From Nitrososphaeraceae archaeon (lineage in GTDB: Archaea > Thermoproteota > Nitrososphaeria > Nitrososphaerales > Nitrososphaeraceae), in assembly GCA_035759485.1 (NCBI GenBank), contig DASTUU010000312.1, forward strand, positions 2,591 to 26,590: 24,000 bases of DNA. The letters run 5' to 3'. Of this stretch, positions 7,990 through 14,946 are shown one piece after another. The notes beneath the pieces are model-generated. The model was not told where the DNA came from and made no database searches. It saw only the letters and a program-made list of their open reading frames with translations. The translations under genes and the position numbers were made by a program. Positions within the stretch are counted from its first letter, which is position 1. Every line of letters begins with the position of its first letter.

Positions 7990-9021
7990 TTACGTGGTGA
8001 CCACAACTTTCATCGAATCTTTTGCTTCATGTGCACATTTGATTGCTTCTCTAGCCTGTTTTATATTAAACCGATGCGTAATGATCCACTCCACATCTAT
8101 TCTATTATTGTGTAGGAGGCTACACGCTTGATTTGTTTCAACTTCGGATGCGGCATAGCTTGGAATCAGCGAGAATTCGTTTGAGTATATCATTCCCGCG
8201 TCTAAAGTAAGCTGTGTCCCCTTCCTTGGAACTCCAAAGATCAGAATCTTTCCTCCTTTTCGAGTTAAACCAAAGGCCTGAACAATCGCTTGTAAACTAC
8301 CGGTCGCAATAATAGAGATATCAGCTCCCCTATTGTTTGTTGCCCTCTTGACTGTCTCTTCAACGTTTTGTTGCTTGCCATTATTAAGATATTCGATCTC
8401 GCAATGTTTCTTGGCGAAATCTAGTCTAAACTGGTTGACATCAACAAGAAAAATTTTACCGCTACCTATAGACTGCGCCAAAAGAACGTGCATGATGCCT
8501 GCCGGTCCTGCACCAAAAACAGCAATATCGTCACCTTTCTGGATATTGCATTTGTCAAGAGCTCTTATACAGCAGGCCAGTGGCTCTATTAGTGCAGCCT
8601 TTTCAAATGACATACTCTTAGGCAGCTTGATAACGCCTCCCCGTGAAATATTCCATTCCGGAACTAAAATTTCCTCCGACAAGCCACAAGGTTCTATGTT
8701 ACTGGAATGAAACATGCCGCACATAGTGTGATCTCCATGCAGGCAATAATGACAAGAATAACAAGGGACATGATGGTGTACGAAGACCCTGTCGCCGATA
8801 GACAAACCTGAAATGGAACTGCCTACCGCCACTACTTCACCACTGGGTTCGTGACCCAGCCTACCTGACGACATACCATAATCACCATAGACTTTCTCAA
8901 GATCGGAACCGCAAAGTCCACATGCTTTCATTCTAACCAATATATCACCATCCCCAACTTTAGGGGATGCCAATTCGTCTATAGATACTGTTTTCTTGTC
9001 CTTTACAAAGACAGCTTTCAA
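7990..9021 (-). CDS. Zinc-dependent medium-chain dehydrogenase/reductase (threonine/sorbitol/alcohol dehydrogenase-like)
   Basis: 343 aa. CGLCGSDLE...GHEPSGEVVAVG holds the catalytic Zn ligands and CYSCHYCLHGDHTMC is the structural Zn Cys4 loop. VFGAGPAG is the Rossmann GxGxxG. TTG start. Confidence 0.82.
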   Translation of the reverse strand: MKAVFVKDKKTVSIDELASPKVGDGDILVRMKACGLCGSDLEKVYGDYGMSSGRLGHEPSGEVVAVGSSISGLSIGDRVFVHHHVPCYSCHYCLHGDHTMCGMFHSSNIEPCGLSEEILVPEWNISRGGVIKLPKSMSFEKAALIEPLACCIRALDKCNIQKGDDIAVFGAGPAGIMHVLLAQSIGSGKIFLVDVNQFRLDFAKKHCEIEYLNNGKQQNVEETVKRATNNRGADISIIATGSLQAIVQAFGLTRKGGKILIFGVPRKGTQLTLDAGMIYSNEFSLIPSYAASEVETNQACSLLHNNRIDVEWIITHRFNIKQAREAIKCAHEAKDSMKVVVTT

Positions 9022-9046
9022 TCACTAAGCCTTGACTAAGAACTCA

Positions 9047-9054
9047 TCTATAAA
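9047..9054 (-). promoter_or_regulatory. TATA-like box (TTTATAGA) 26-33 nt upstream of the dehydrogenase TTG start
   Basis: Read directly. The spacing is compatible with a leaderless transcript. Confidence 0.35.
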
Positions 9055-9130
9055 CCTGTCACAACCATCTATAGTTTTTGGAAATAGTCTAAATTCGGAA
9101 ACCGTCTGACGTTGAGCCAAATTTTGAGCA

Positions 9131-9274
9131 TCAAAATTTATCATACTTCTTGGGTTTCTTCATGAAAATTTTTTTGCATCCGTCGCAACAAAAGAAAAAA
9201 ATCTTTCCCCTGTGCTCATAAGGCAATGCAATGTCCTGTCTTAATTCTATACCGCAAACTGGATCTACTGGCAC
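9131..9274 (-). CDS. YHS-domain (TRASH-like metal-binding) mini-protein, 47 aa
   Basis: Below the ORF-track length cut-off; own codon-by-codon translation from GTG at 9274: MPVDPVCGIELRQDIALPYEHRGKIFFFCCDGCKKIFMKKPKKYDKF, stop at 9131-9133. The DPVCG...Y.G..Y.FC...C...F...P..Y pattern matches the YHS domain. A TATATAT box lies 23-29 nt upstream. Confidence 0.65.
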   Translation of the reverse strand: MPVDPVCGIELRQDIALPYEHRGKIFFFCCDGCKKIFMKKPKKYDKF

Positions 9275-9296
9275 GCCAAACCTACATTCTACGATC

Positions 9297-9303
9297 TATA
9301 TAT
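9297..9303 (-). promoter_or_regulatory. TATA box (TATATAT) 23-29 nt upstream of the YHS GTG start
   Basis: gatcTATATATgg read directly. The position supports both the small-gene call and a leaderless mRNA. Confidence 0.4.
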
Positions 9304-9490
9304 GGTTATCAGTGGTGAGCGGCATAGGGACCGCCTATCATCTATTCCCATATCACTCCACTATTTGAATGCAAAAGTGCCTATCATGCTGATGAAATGA
9401 GGAGTCTGGACAAGCGCTGCTCTTGTTTCAGTTGGTCAACGCTTTTTGACATTCTCATTTTTGAGACTCCCTGAACTCAATTCTATTGGG

Positions 9491-9661
9491 ATGTCATATC
9501 CATCAACTGAGGTAATTTGTGGCAAGTGTGGTGCTATAATATCGAAAATAATTAACTTAAGACCTATACGAGATATATTACGGACACACGGCTGGCGATG
9601 TAAGACTTGCGGAAATATCCTTAATCCATCAGACTTTACAATAGATATAGAAAGATTATAG
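9491..9661 (+). CDS. Small zinc-ribbon protein (two CxxC knuckles), 56 aa from the ATG at 9491; the maximal ORF in the track starts at 9446
   Basis: MSYPSTEVICGKCGAIISKIINLRPIRDILRTHGWRCKTCGNILNPSDFTIDIERL has CGKC and CKTC spaced 22 aa apart. I recognise no family beyond a generic zinc ribbon. Confidence 0.45.
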   Translation: MSYPSTEVICGKCGAIISKIINLRPIRDILRTHGWRCKTCGNILNPSDFTIDIERL

Positions 9662-9805
9662 TATCATGGGCCTTGCTTCTTCATTCCATAGTGACTTTGG
9701 TTAGACTTCAACATTTTCTCCTTGGCAGGTTACCCTGAGATAAGTCTCTTGACGGTTACGTACGCCGACAGAGTAGGCGGGGAATCAGACTGTCAGAAAC
9801 TGTCG

Positions 9806-9811
9806 AAAAAA
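9806..9811 (-). terminator. Oligo-T tract (T6 on the minus strand) 28 nt downstream of the prenyltransferase stop
   Basis: Minus strand reads ...aaatacTTTTTTcgacagtttctgacag. Archaeal termination typically uses oligo-T. The adjacent 6-bp inverted repeat cgacag/ctgtcg is of uncertain relevance. Confidence 0.35.
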
Positions 9812-9838
9812 GTATTTTATTGATAGAGGAATCGCATA

Positions 9839-10741
9839 TCAAAAATACAGCCCCCAGTAAATAGGCACTATCATGCTAATCAGCAAGGCAAGGCTAGTAA
9901 TGCGAGAGTACTTTATAGCAGAGGCCATAGCTGGAACCAGAGCATCACTATCTTCATAATTCTTCCTAAGTCCTCTAATTGCCCCTAACGAATAGGGAGC
10001 AGATGCGAGGCATGCAATTGAATACACACTTAGGAAATTGATGAAAATTCCTATTAAAATCATAGCGTATACGGCCATTACGATTATTGAAAAAATCTTG
10101 CAACATCTCCTTTTACCTAATATTATCACAGCAGTCCTTCGTCCTCCCAAACGATCAGCATTATAATCGGGGAATGAATTTATAAGGAGGACCGAAGACG
10201 ATAGTAGTCCAATTATCATTCCCAAAAATATGACAGGAAATTCTATAAACGATGTTTGAACGTAAAAAGATCCTATGACAATTAATGCTCCCTTGATGCC
10301 CACGAATAACTCTGCCAAGCCAAAATTGACTATCTTGGATGAGTAAAAGAAAATCGCTAACACTGCAAAGACCAGTATAACTGCGACTAAAGGTCCTCGC
10401 AAAAAAACAAAGTAACCTCCTATGGTTATGCCTATGATTAAAAGAAGTATTGCGGCTTTGTAAACGCTTTGCGGCGAGAGGATATTTTCCGGTATTATCC
10501 CGCTTCCTCCACTGAATTTAGTTCTTTTGACAACCTTATCAATCCCACGCTTGTAATCCCAATAATCGTTTAAGAGGTCTATACTAGCGTGCAAACTAAA
10601 CACGCCTACAATAGTCAACAAAGCATAATTTAGATCAAAGGAAGAGTATTTCCAAAAGGCAAAACATATACCAATTGCACAGGCAATTAGGGAGGCTAGT
10701 AGGAACTTTAATCTGATAGCCCTAATCCAGGATCTTATCAA
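9839..10741 (-). CDS. UbiA-family aromatic prenyltransferase, MenA-like (1,4-dihydroxy-2-naphthoate prenyltransferase type)
   Basis: 300 aa, polytopic and hydrophobic throughout. First Asp-rich motif is LLNDYWDYKRGID; second is DYNADRLGGRRT. Both match the NDxxDxxxGxD / DxxxDxxxGxxT pattern of MenA-type UbiA enzymes. Confidence 0.8.
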   Translation of the reverse strand: MIRSWIRAIRLKFLLASLIACAIGICFAFWKYSSFDLNYALLTIVGVFSLHASIDLLNDYWDYKRGIDKVVKRTKFSGGSGIIPENILSPQSVYKAAILLLIIGITIGGYFVFLRGPLVAVILVFAVLAIFFYSSKIVNFGLAELFVGIKGALIVIGSFYVQTSFIEFPVIFLGMIIGLLSSSVLLINSFPDYNADRLGGRRTAVIILGKRRCCKIFSIIVMAVYAMILIGIFINFLSVYSIACLASAPYSLGAIRGLRKNYEDSDALVPAMASAIKYSRITSLALLISMIVPIYWGLYF

Positions 10742-10970
10742 TTGTAGATTTCTTCGTAGAGGTGGTTCGTATATGCCTTTGCCGTCAGTCAGCTCAATGG
10801 AATTTTTATCGTTCTATGTCGCGTGTCAAGCTGACTAGAGCTACCTTCACATATTTCGATACAGACTTATATAGAGAGGAGACATCTATACCTGAATAAA
10901 AATTTCTCCCCCTATTGACGCCGCAGAATTTGATGCTCACAAAGACTTAAAGAAAATAATAATTGAATTT

Positions 10971-11249
10971 TTGTGTAGAAATCGCGACAAGGGATTTTCA
11001 TCAAAAGAAATCTCCCAAGCATTGTCTTTGAAGGAGGAGGATATCAATTATACTATGCTAAAACTTGGCATATCAGACTTCCTTTTCGAATTAACAAAGG
11101 GACTGACACGCAGAAATAATAATAATGATATTGCAGGTAAGACGAAATTTAGAATAGAAGATGTAACGGTAAACGGAATAACTTACTATCGCTGTTCAAA
11201 GGTTGGTCGAGATCCTTCGAAAAACGGTATACGTAAGTATAAGGCATGA
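10971..11249 (+). CDS. Small hypothetical protein, possibly a winged-helix DNA-binding protein; start codon uncertain
   Basis: 92 aa from TTG. KGFSSKEISQALSLKEEDINYTMLKLG resembles a wHTH helix2-turn-helix3. The reading frame is open back to 10896 (..DLKKIIIEFL..) with no ATG/GTG/TTG in that stretch. A TTATATA box lies at 10867-10873. The fold assignment is weak. Confidence 0.4.
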   Translation: MCRNRDKGFSSKEISQALSLKEEDINYTMLKLGISDFLFELTKGLTRRNNNNDIAGKTKFRIEDVTVNGITYYRCSKVGRDPSKNGIRKYKA

Positions 11250-11291
11250 GTGCTGTAAGATCCAAATGAGTACATTTATCAATTCGATGTT

Positions 11292-12149
11292 GTGACTGGA
11301 AGTATAGTGTATAGGCCTCGTAACGCTGGAAATCTGAAAGAATCAATTCACTTACGGAACTCTCTTCAAACAAATTATATTGGCAATAGGGTAATCTGGT
11401 TCAAAAATTTGTCTTCGACCCAGGAATTTGCTAGGGGCTTGATCTCAATGAACGGCATGACGCATCTCAATGGTTATGTTATTATCTCGGATAGACAACA
11501 AAATGGCATAGGCCGCTATGGAAATATGTGGATTTCACCCAAAGGTGGAATATGGCTATCTATAATACTCAGCTCAACACTACATCCTAGCAGAATCGCA
11601 CTGTTTTCCTTTTGTGCATCAGTAGCCGTTTCTGAAGCAATTGAAATATGCACAGGAATAAACTCGCGACTTAAGTGGCCTAATGACGTAATGATTCAAG
11701 GTAAGAAAGTAGCAGGAATCCTTGTAGATGCCTCTGTAGATGCAGACTCTATAGAGCATATAATTATAGGGATTGGAGTTAATGCTAACCTTAAAACGGC
11801 GGAAATTGAAAAAAAATTACAAGATCATGAACAGCCCTACCCTATAACTTCCTTACAAGAACAACTAGGAACACCTTGTAACACAGTAGAGATAATAAAA
11901 TGCATATTGCAGACGTTTGATAAACACTATTCTAGAATCGAAACAGACAGTAGCTATCCGATACTACACAAGTGGAGAGAAAGGGCTGAACCTATAATGT
12001 GGAGATCGGTTCAAATTTCTGACGGGGCTAACCTCCATGCCGGTAAAGTAGTAGATCTAGATGAGGATGGCTCTATAATTATAATGCATAAAGACAATCG
12101 ATTAGAAAAAATTGTATCGGCAGAATCTCGTATACGTTTTATAGACTGA
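11292..12149 (+). CDS. birA: Biotin--[acetyl-CoA-carboxylase] ligase, group I (no N-terminal HTH repressor domain)
   Basis: 285 aa. GRYGNMWISPKGGIWLSIIL matches the GRGRxGRxWxSPxG biotin-binding loop, and KWPNDV..GKKVAGILV and GIGVN follow. Start is GTG at 11292 or 11307. Confidence 0.87.
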   Translation: MTGSIVYRPRNAGNLKESIHLRNSLQTNYIGNRVIWFKNLSSTQEFARGLISMNGMTHLNGYVIISDRQQNGIGRYGNMWISPKGGIWLSIILSSTLHPSRIALFSFCASVAVSEAIEICTGINSRLKWPNDVMIQGKKVAGILVDASVDADSIEHIIIGIGVNANLKTAEIEKKLQDHEQPYPITSLQEQLGTPCNTVEIIKCILQTFDKHYSRIETDSSYPILHKWRERAEPIMWRSVQISDGANLHAGKVVDLDEDGSIIIMHKDNRLEKIVSAESRIRFID

Positions 12150-12172
12150 AATTAGCATTTATGACATAGTAA

Positions 12173-12191
12173 ATAACCAATGTGTGGTTAT
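12173..12191. terminator. Perfect 7-bp stem / 5-nt loop hairpin between the convergent birA and glycerate kinase genes
   Basis: ATAACCA-atgtg-TGGTTAT read directly in the 65-bp convergent gap. Its function as a terminator is an inference. Confidence 0.3.
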
Positions 12192-12214
12192 CGATAGAAT
12201 TACAAGAGCAATTC

Positions 12215-13594
12215 TTATTTGATCTTGCAGATGACCGAGATATCATTTACATTAGTTCCCGTTCGTCCTGTTATAATCAGCGAATTTAGCTTCCTGAAAA
12301 AACAATAGCTGTTATGAGTTTTCAAAAAATACCGAGCATCAAGGTTTTTTTCTTGAATATTCGATATAACTTGCGAATTTAAAAATGCTCCTGCCGCTTC
12401 AGAATTTCCGTCAATCCCATCTGTTCCAGCGCTAAGGACGGTAATGTCTTGGTCGGTATGAAAATCTTGAAGAAGATTTATTGCCGCTGCTAGGACTGCT
12501 TCCTGATTTCGGCCTCCTACTCCATAGTTATTTACTCTGTCTATCTTTACCACAGTCTCCCCTCCAAGAACGAAGGCAAGGGGTCTATCTTTCATTATTA
12601 ACTCCTTTGCTAACATTGCTAGTTCTTCTCCGAAGCGCCATGCCTCGCCGTCAAAGGTTGTTCCTAGCGCATGTGCTTCCACTCTTCGCCTTCTCAAGTA
12701 TTCTTGAGCGGCTGTACAGGCAATACTATTATTACCAATCAATAAATTTATGACCCTTTGAAAGATCGGATCACCTGGTTTTGGAGTTTCGGCTTCACAT
12801 CCCCTTAGACCTTTTACTATAACATTTTTTGCTTCTCCATATTGTTTATTCCAAAGCCCGTACTTTTTTAACACCCTCGCGGCATCGCTATATGTGGAGG
12901 GATCGGGACAAGTTGGGCCCGAGGCTATGACACTTAATTCATCATTAATTACGTCGGATATTATAAGAGAAACCACCCGGCACTCCTTGTTCATATAACG
13001 AACCAGCTGACCGCCCTTTATCCTCGAAAGATGCTTACGTACTGCATTGACCTCTTCAATAGATGCCCCCGAAAGTATCAATGAAGAGGTGATAGCTTGC
13101 TTCTTTCCCAGAGAAAGATTCTTTGAAGGCAGCGGCATCAATGAGGACCCTCCGCCAGAAATAAGAACGATGACAAGATCAGCTGGAGTAGTCTTCCGTA
13201 AAATCTCTATCATTTTTTTTGTTCCCTTTACTCCTGAAACATCCGGAATCGGATGACTTGCATGCGTAATGAAAATGTCCTTAACATTTTCATTAGTGCC
13301 GTAGGGAACAGTTATGGCACCTCCTGAGATCTTGTCTCCTATAATTTGGCGGAGTTCATGAGCCATTCCTGCCGTAGCTTTGCCTGCCCCAATTAAGTAA
13401 ATATGGTCAAATGACTTTAAGTCTATATTGATTCTTTGGTGCTTAATGTCGTGAACAGAAAGTCGTCCGTTCCTTAATTTTAGACTACTTTTGATGAGGC
13501 GAGTAGGAGCCACGGCACGGATTGCGTGTTTAACTGAACCGAGGGCGAGCCTAAGTGAAGGGCTTGTATCTATGTAGCTTTTCAACGAAGGCAA
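12215..13594 (-). CDS. Glycerate 2-kinase / hydroxypyruvate reductase-like protein (DUF4147 + MOFRL family)
   Basis: 459 aa. YLIGAGKATAGMA, VLISGGGSSL and the C-terminal SAGTDGIDG...AGA and TGTNVNDI are typical of MOFRL-family glycerate kinases. TTG start. Confidence 0.8.
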   Translation of the reverse strand: MPSLKSYIDTSPSLRLALGSVKHAIRAVAPTRLIKSSLKLRNGRLSVHDIKHQRINIDLKSFDHIYLIGAGKATAGMAHELRQIIGDKISGGAITVPYGTNENVKDIFITHASHPIPDVSGVKGTKKMIEILRKTTPADLVIVLISGGGSSLMPLPSKNLSLGKKQAITSSLILSGASIEEVNAVRKHLSRIKGGQLVRYMNKECRVVSLIISDVINDELSVIASGPTCPDPSTYSDAARVLKKYGLWNKQYGEAKNVIVKGLRGCEAETPKPGDPIFQRVINLLIGNNSIACTAAQEYLRRRRVEAHALGTTFDGEAWRFGEELAMLAKELIMKDRPLAFVLGGETVVKIDRVNNYGVGGRNQEAVLAAAINLLQDFHTDQDITVLSAGTDGIDGNSEAAGAFLNSQVISNIQEKNLDARYFLKTHNSYCFFRKLNSLIITGRTGTNVNDISVICKIK

Positions 13595-14013
13595 CGCGCA
13601 TCGATGTCATATAAGCCATGTAGAGTATATTGATGTTCTCCGACTGCTGTTTCAGATTATGTAAAAGGACTCTTGATCAGGGGTTACCTATTCTATCTAT
13701 ATATAGGTGCACATTCGCTAAATAATACGAGGCAGTAAAAATTCGTAGAATTAGTTCAGAATGTTGAGATGAAAGTAGTGATAATTGCATAAGGCTTAGA
13801 CTTTTTTTGTACTACCTATGCTCCGTGTTTTTGATTCTCTCGTGCATTTTAGTTGTTAATTAATCGATTACGCAATTTCTTTAGAATTTTTGCAATACAA
13901 CTCCCACAGACTTAGTCAGATTGATTTCGCATGCGTCTGTTCTTTAATTATTGTTGTTAAGATAGGTTAATCAATCCATTAAACAAAAAAGATAGCCTCC
14001 TGTGAATTAAGTA

Positions 14014-14370
14014 ATGGTTGTTCATCTTACACTAAGAGGAGAACCCGGAAAGCGAGGACTAATGTTCGTGTCATATTACGCACGCTCACGTGCATTCATT
14101 TCCAATTATCGATCATGGAAGGGATATCATAGCGCAGGAAAAATAGAAGAGGTTGCTTCTTCCCTGTTAAGTCACGAGACGTTGCATTTGGCAATCAATA
14201 AATTTTCTTTGTCAGCCTCTGCTGAACTAGATAACTTGTTTGGGAGATCAGATAACTGGGAACTTTACCCGCACGGATTGGGGGATCTGGACAGATCGAG
14301 TGTCGGTTCTCGTGCCTATATTAAGAGCGCTACTAAAAACTCGCTAAAGTCGAAAAGAAAAAAATTTTAA
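14014..14370 (+). CDS. Hypothetical 118-aa protein with an HExxH motif (possible minimal zinc metallopeptidase); basic C-terminal tail
   Basis: ATG start with the A/T-rich attaaacaaaaaag 23-36 nt upstream. LLSHETLHLAINKFSLSASAELDN contains HETLH, with a Glu 13 residues after the second His. I recognise no family with certainty. Confidence 0.45.
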   Translation: MVVHLTLRGEPGKRGLMFVSYYARSRAFISNYRSWKGYHSAGKIEEVASSLLSHETLHLAINKFSLSASAELDNLFGRSDNWELYPHGLGDLDRSSVGSRAYIKSATKNSLKSKRKKF

Positions 14371-14401
14371 AAACTGATTCACACTCTCCTCTCTCTAAGG
14401 A

Positions 14402-14410
14402 ATATATAAA
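14402..14410 (+). promoter_or_regulatory. TATA box (ATATATAAA) 27-35 nt upstream of the TTG start at 14437
   Basis: ggaATATATAAAttacatttttttcctaaaaaaatgccTTG read directly. Confidence 0.35.
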
Positions 14411-14436
14411 TTACATTTTTTTCCTAAAAAAATGCC

Positions 14437-14871
14437 TTGGTCTTTAGAATATGCACTCCAAGAGACGCCAATAGAGCATTACCTGAGATAGATCGGAGAA
14501 TTAAACAAATAATATTCCAAAAGAATCACGTTGTTGCTCTTCAAGAGGAACTGCAAAGGATCGTTGATTCAAATTCACCATTTGGTGAATTCTTTAAAAA
14601 AAAGCAAGAACTGAATGCTGAAGTCAGTGCTCTATATAGGTCAATAGAGCAACTTGAAAACCTAGGAGTGATCATAAAGAGCGTGGATGAAGGTCTTCTG
14701 GATTTCCCATCTAAAAGGTTTGATGAGGAGGTATGGTTATGCTGGAAGGTGGGAGAAAAAGAAGTTAAATTTTGGCATAGGAAGGATGAAGGTTTTGCTA
14801 GAAGAAAACCGCTGAGTCCTCATAATTCTTCTAGAGTTGAAACTCGAGGCGACCTCTCTGATCTAAGATAG
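14437..14871 (+). CDS. DUF2203-like protein of unknown function
   Basis: 144 aa. N-terminal F..C.PRDANRALPEI..R, a central coiled-coil-like stretch, then LGVIIKSVDEGLLDFPS....EEVWLCWKVGEKEVKFWHRKDEGFARRKPL. This matches my recollection of the DUF2203 pattern (L/F-T-x-x-E-A-N-x-x-L-P ... G-L-V-D-F-P ... L-C-W-x-x-G-E ... W-H ... G-F-x-G-R-x-P). Confidence 0.6.
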   Translation: MVFRICTPRDANRALPEIDRRIKQIIFQKNHVVALQEELQRIVDSNSPFGEFFKKKQELNAEVSALYRSIEQLENLGVIIKSVDEGLLDFPSKRFDEEVWLCWKVGEKEVKFWHRKDEGFARRKPLSPHNSSRVETRGDLSDLR

Positions 14872-14910
14872 ATAGTTAACGAGATACCTACCACAAACCT
14901 TTATTATAAC

Positions 14911-14924
14911 ATTTAAAAATAAAA
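14911..14924 (+). promoter_or_regulatory. A/T-rich TATA-like element (ATTTAAAAATAAAA) 23-36 nt upstream of the trpE-like TTG start
   Basis: Read directly in the 75-bp gap upstream of 14947. Confidence 0.3.
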
Positions 14925-14946
14925 CCAGCTCAGCAGGAAGGACTAT

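Noticed and set aside
7547-8710. Antisense ORFs 7547..7741, 7910..8131 and 8333..8710 (125 aa)
   Set aside because: They sit inside or antisense to the aldolase and MDR dehydrogenase genes, with no motifs.
10787-10836. 8-bp perfect inverted repeat AGTCAGCT ... AGCTGACT, separated by 34 nt, in the divergent promoter region between the prenyltransferase and the wHTH-like ORF (a possible operator)
   Set aside because: By a rough estimate, an 8-bp inverted repeat at arbitrary spacing within a ~230-bp region is roughly as likely as not to occur by chance. There is no second copy and no symmetry around a TATA box.
11149-11373. 74-aa minus-strand ORF spanning the wHTH-ORF/birA junction
   Set aside because: It is antisense to two co-oriented plus-strand ORFs, has no promoter-like element at a sensible distance and has no motif.
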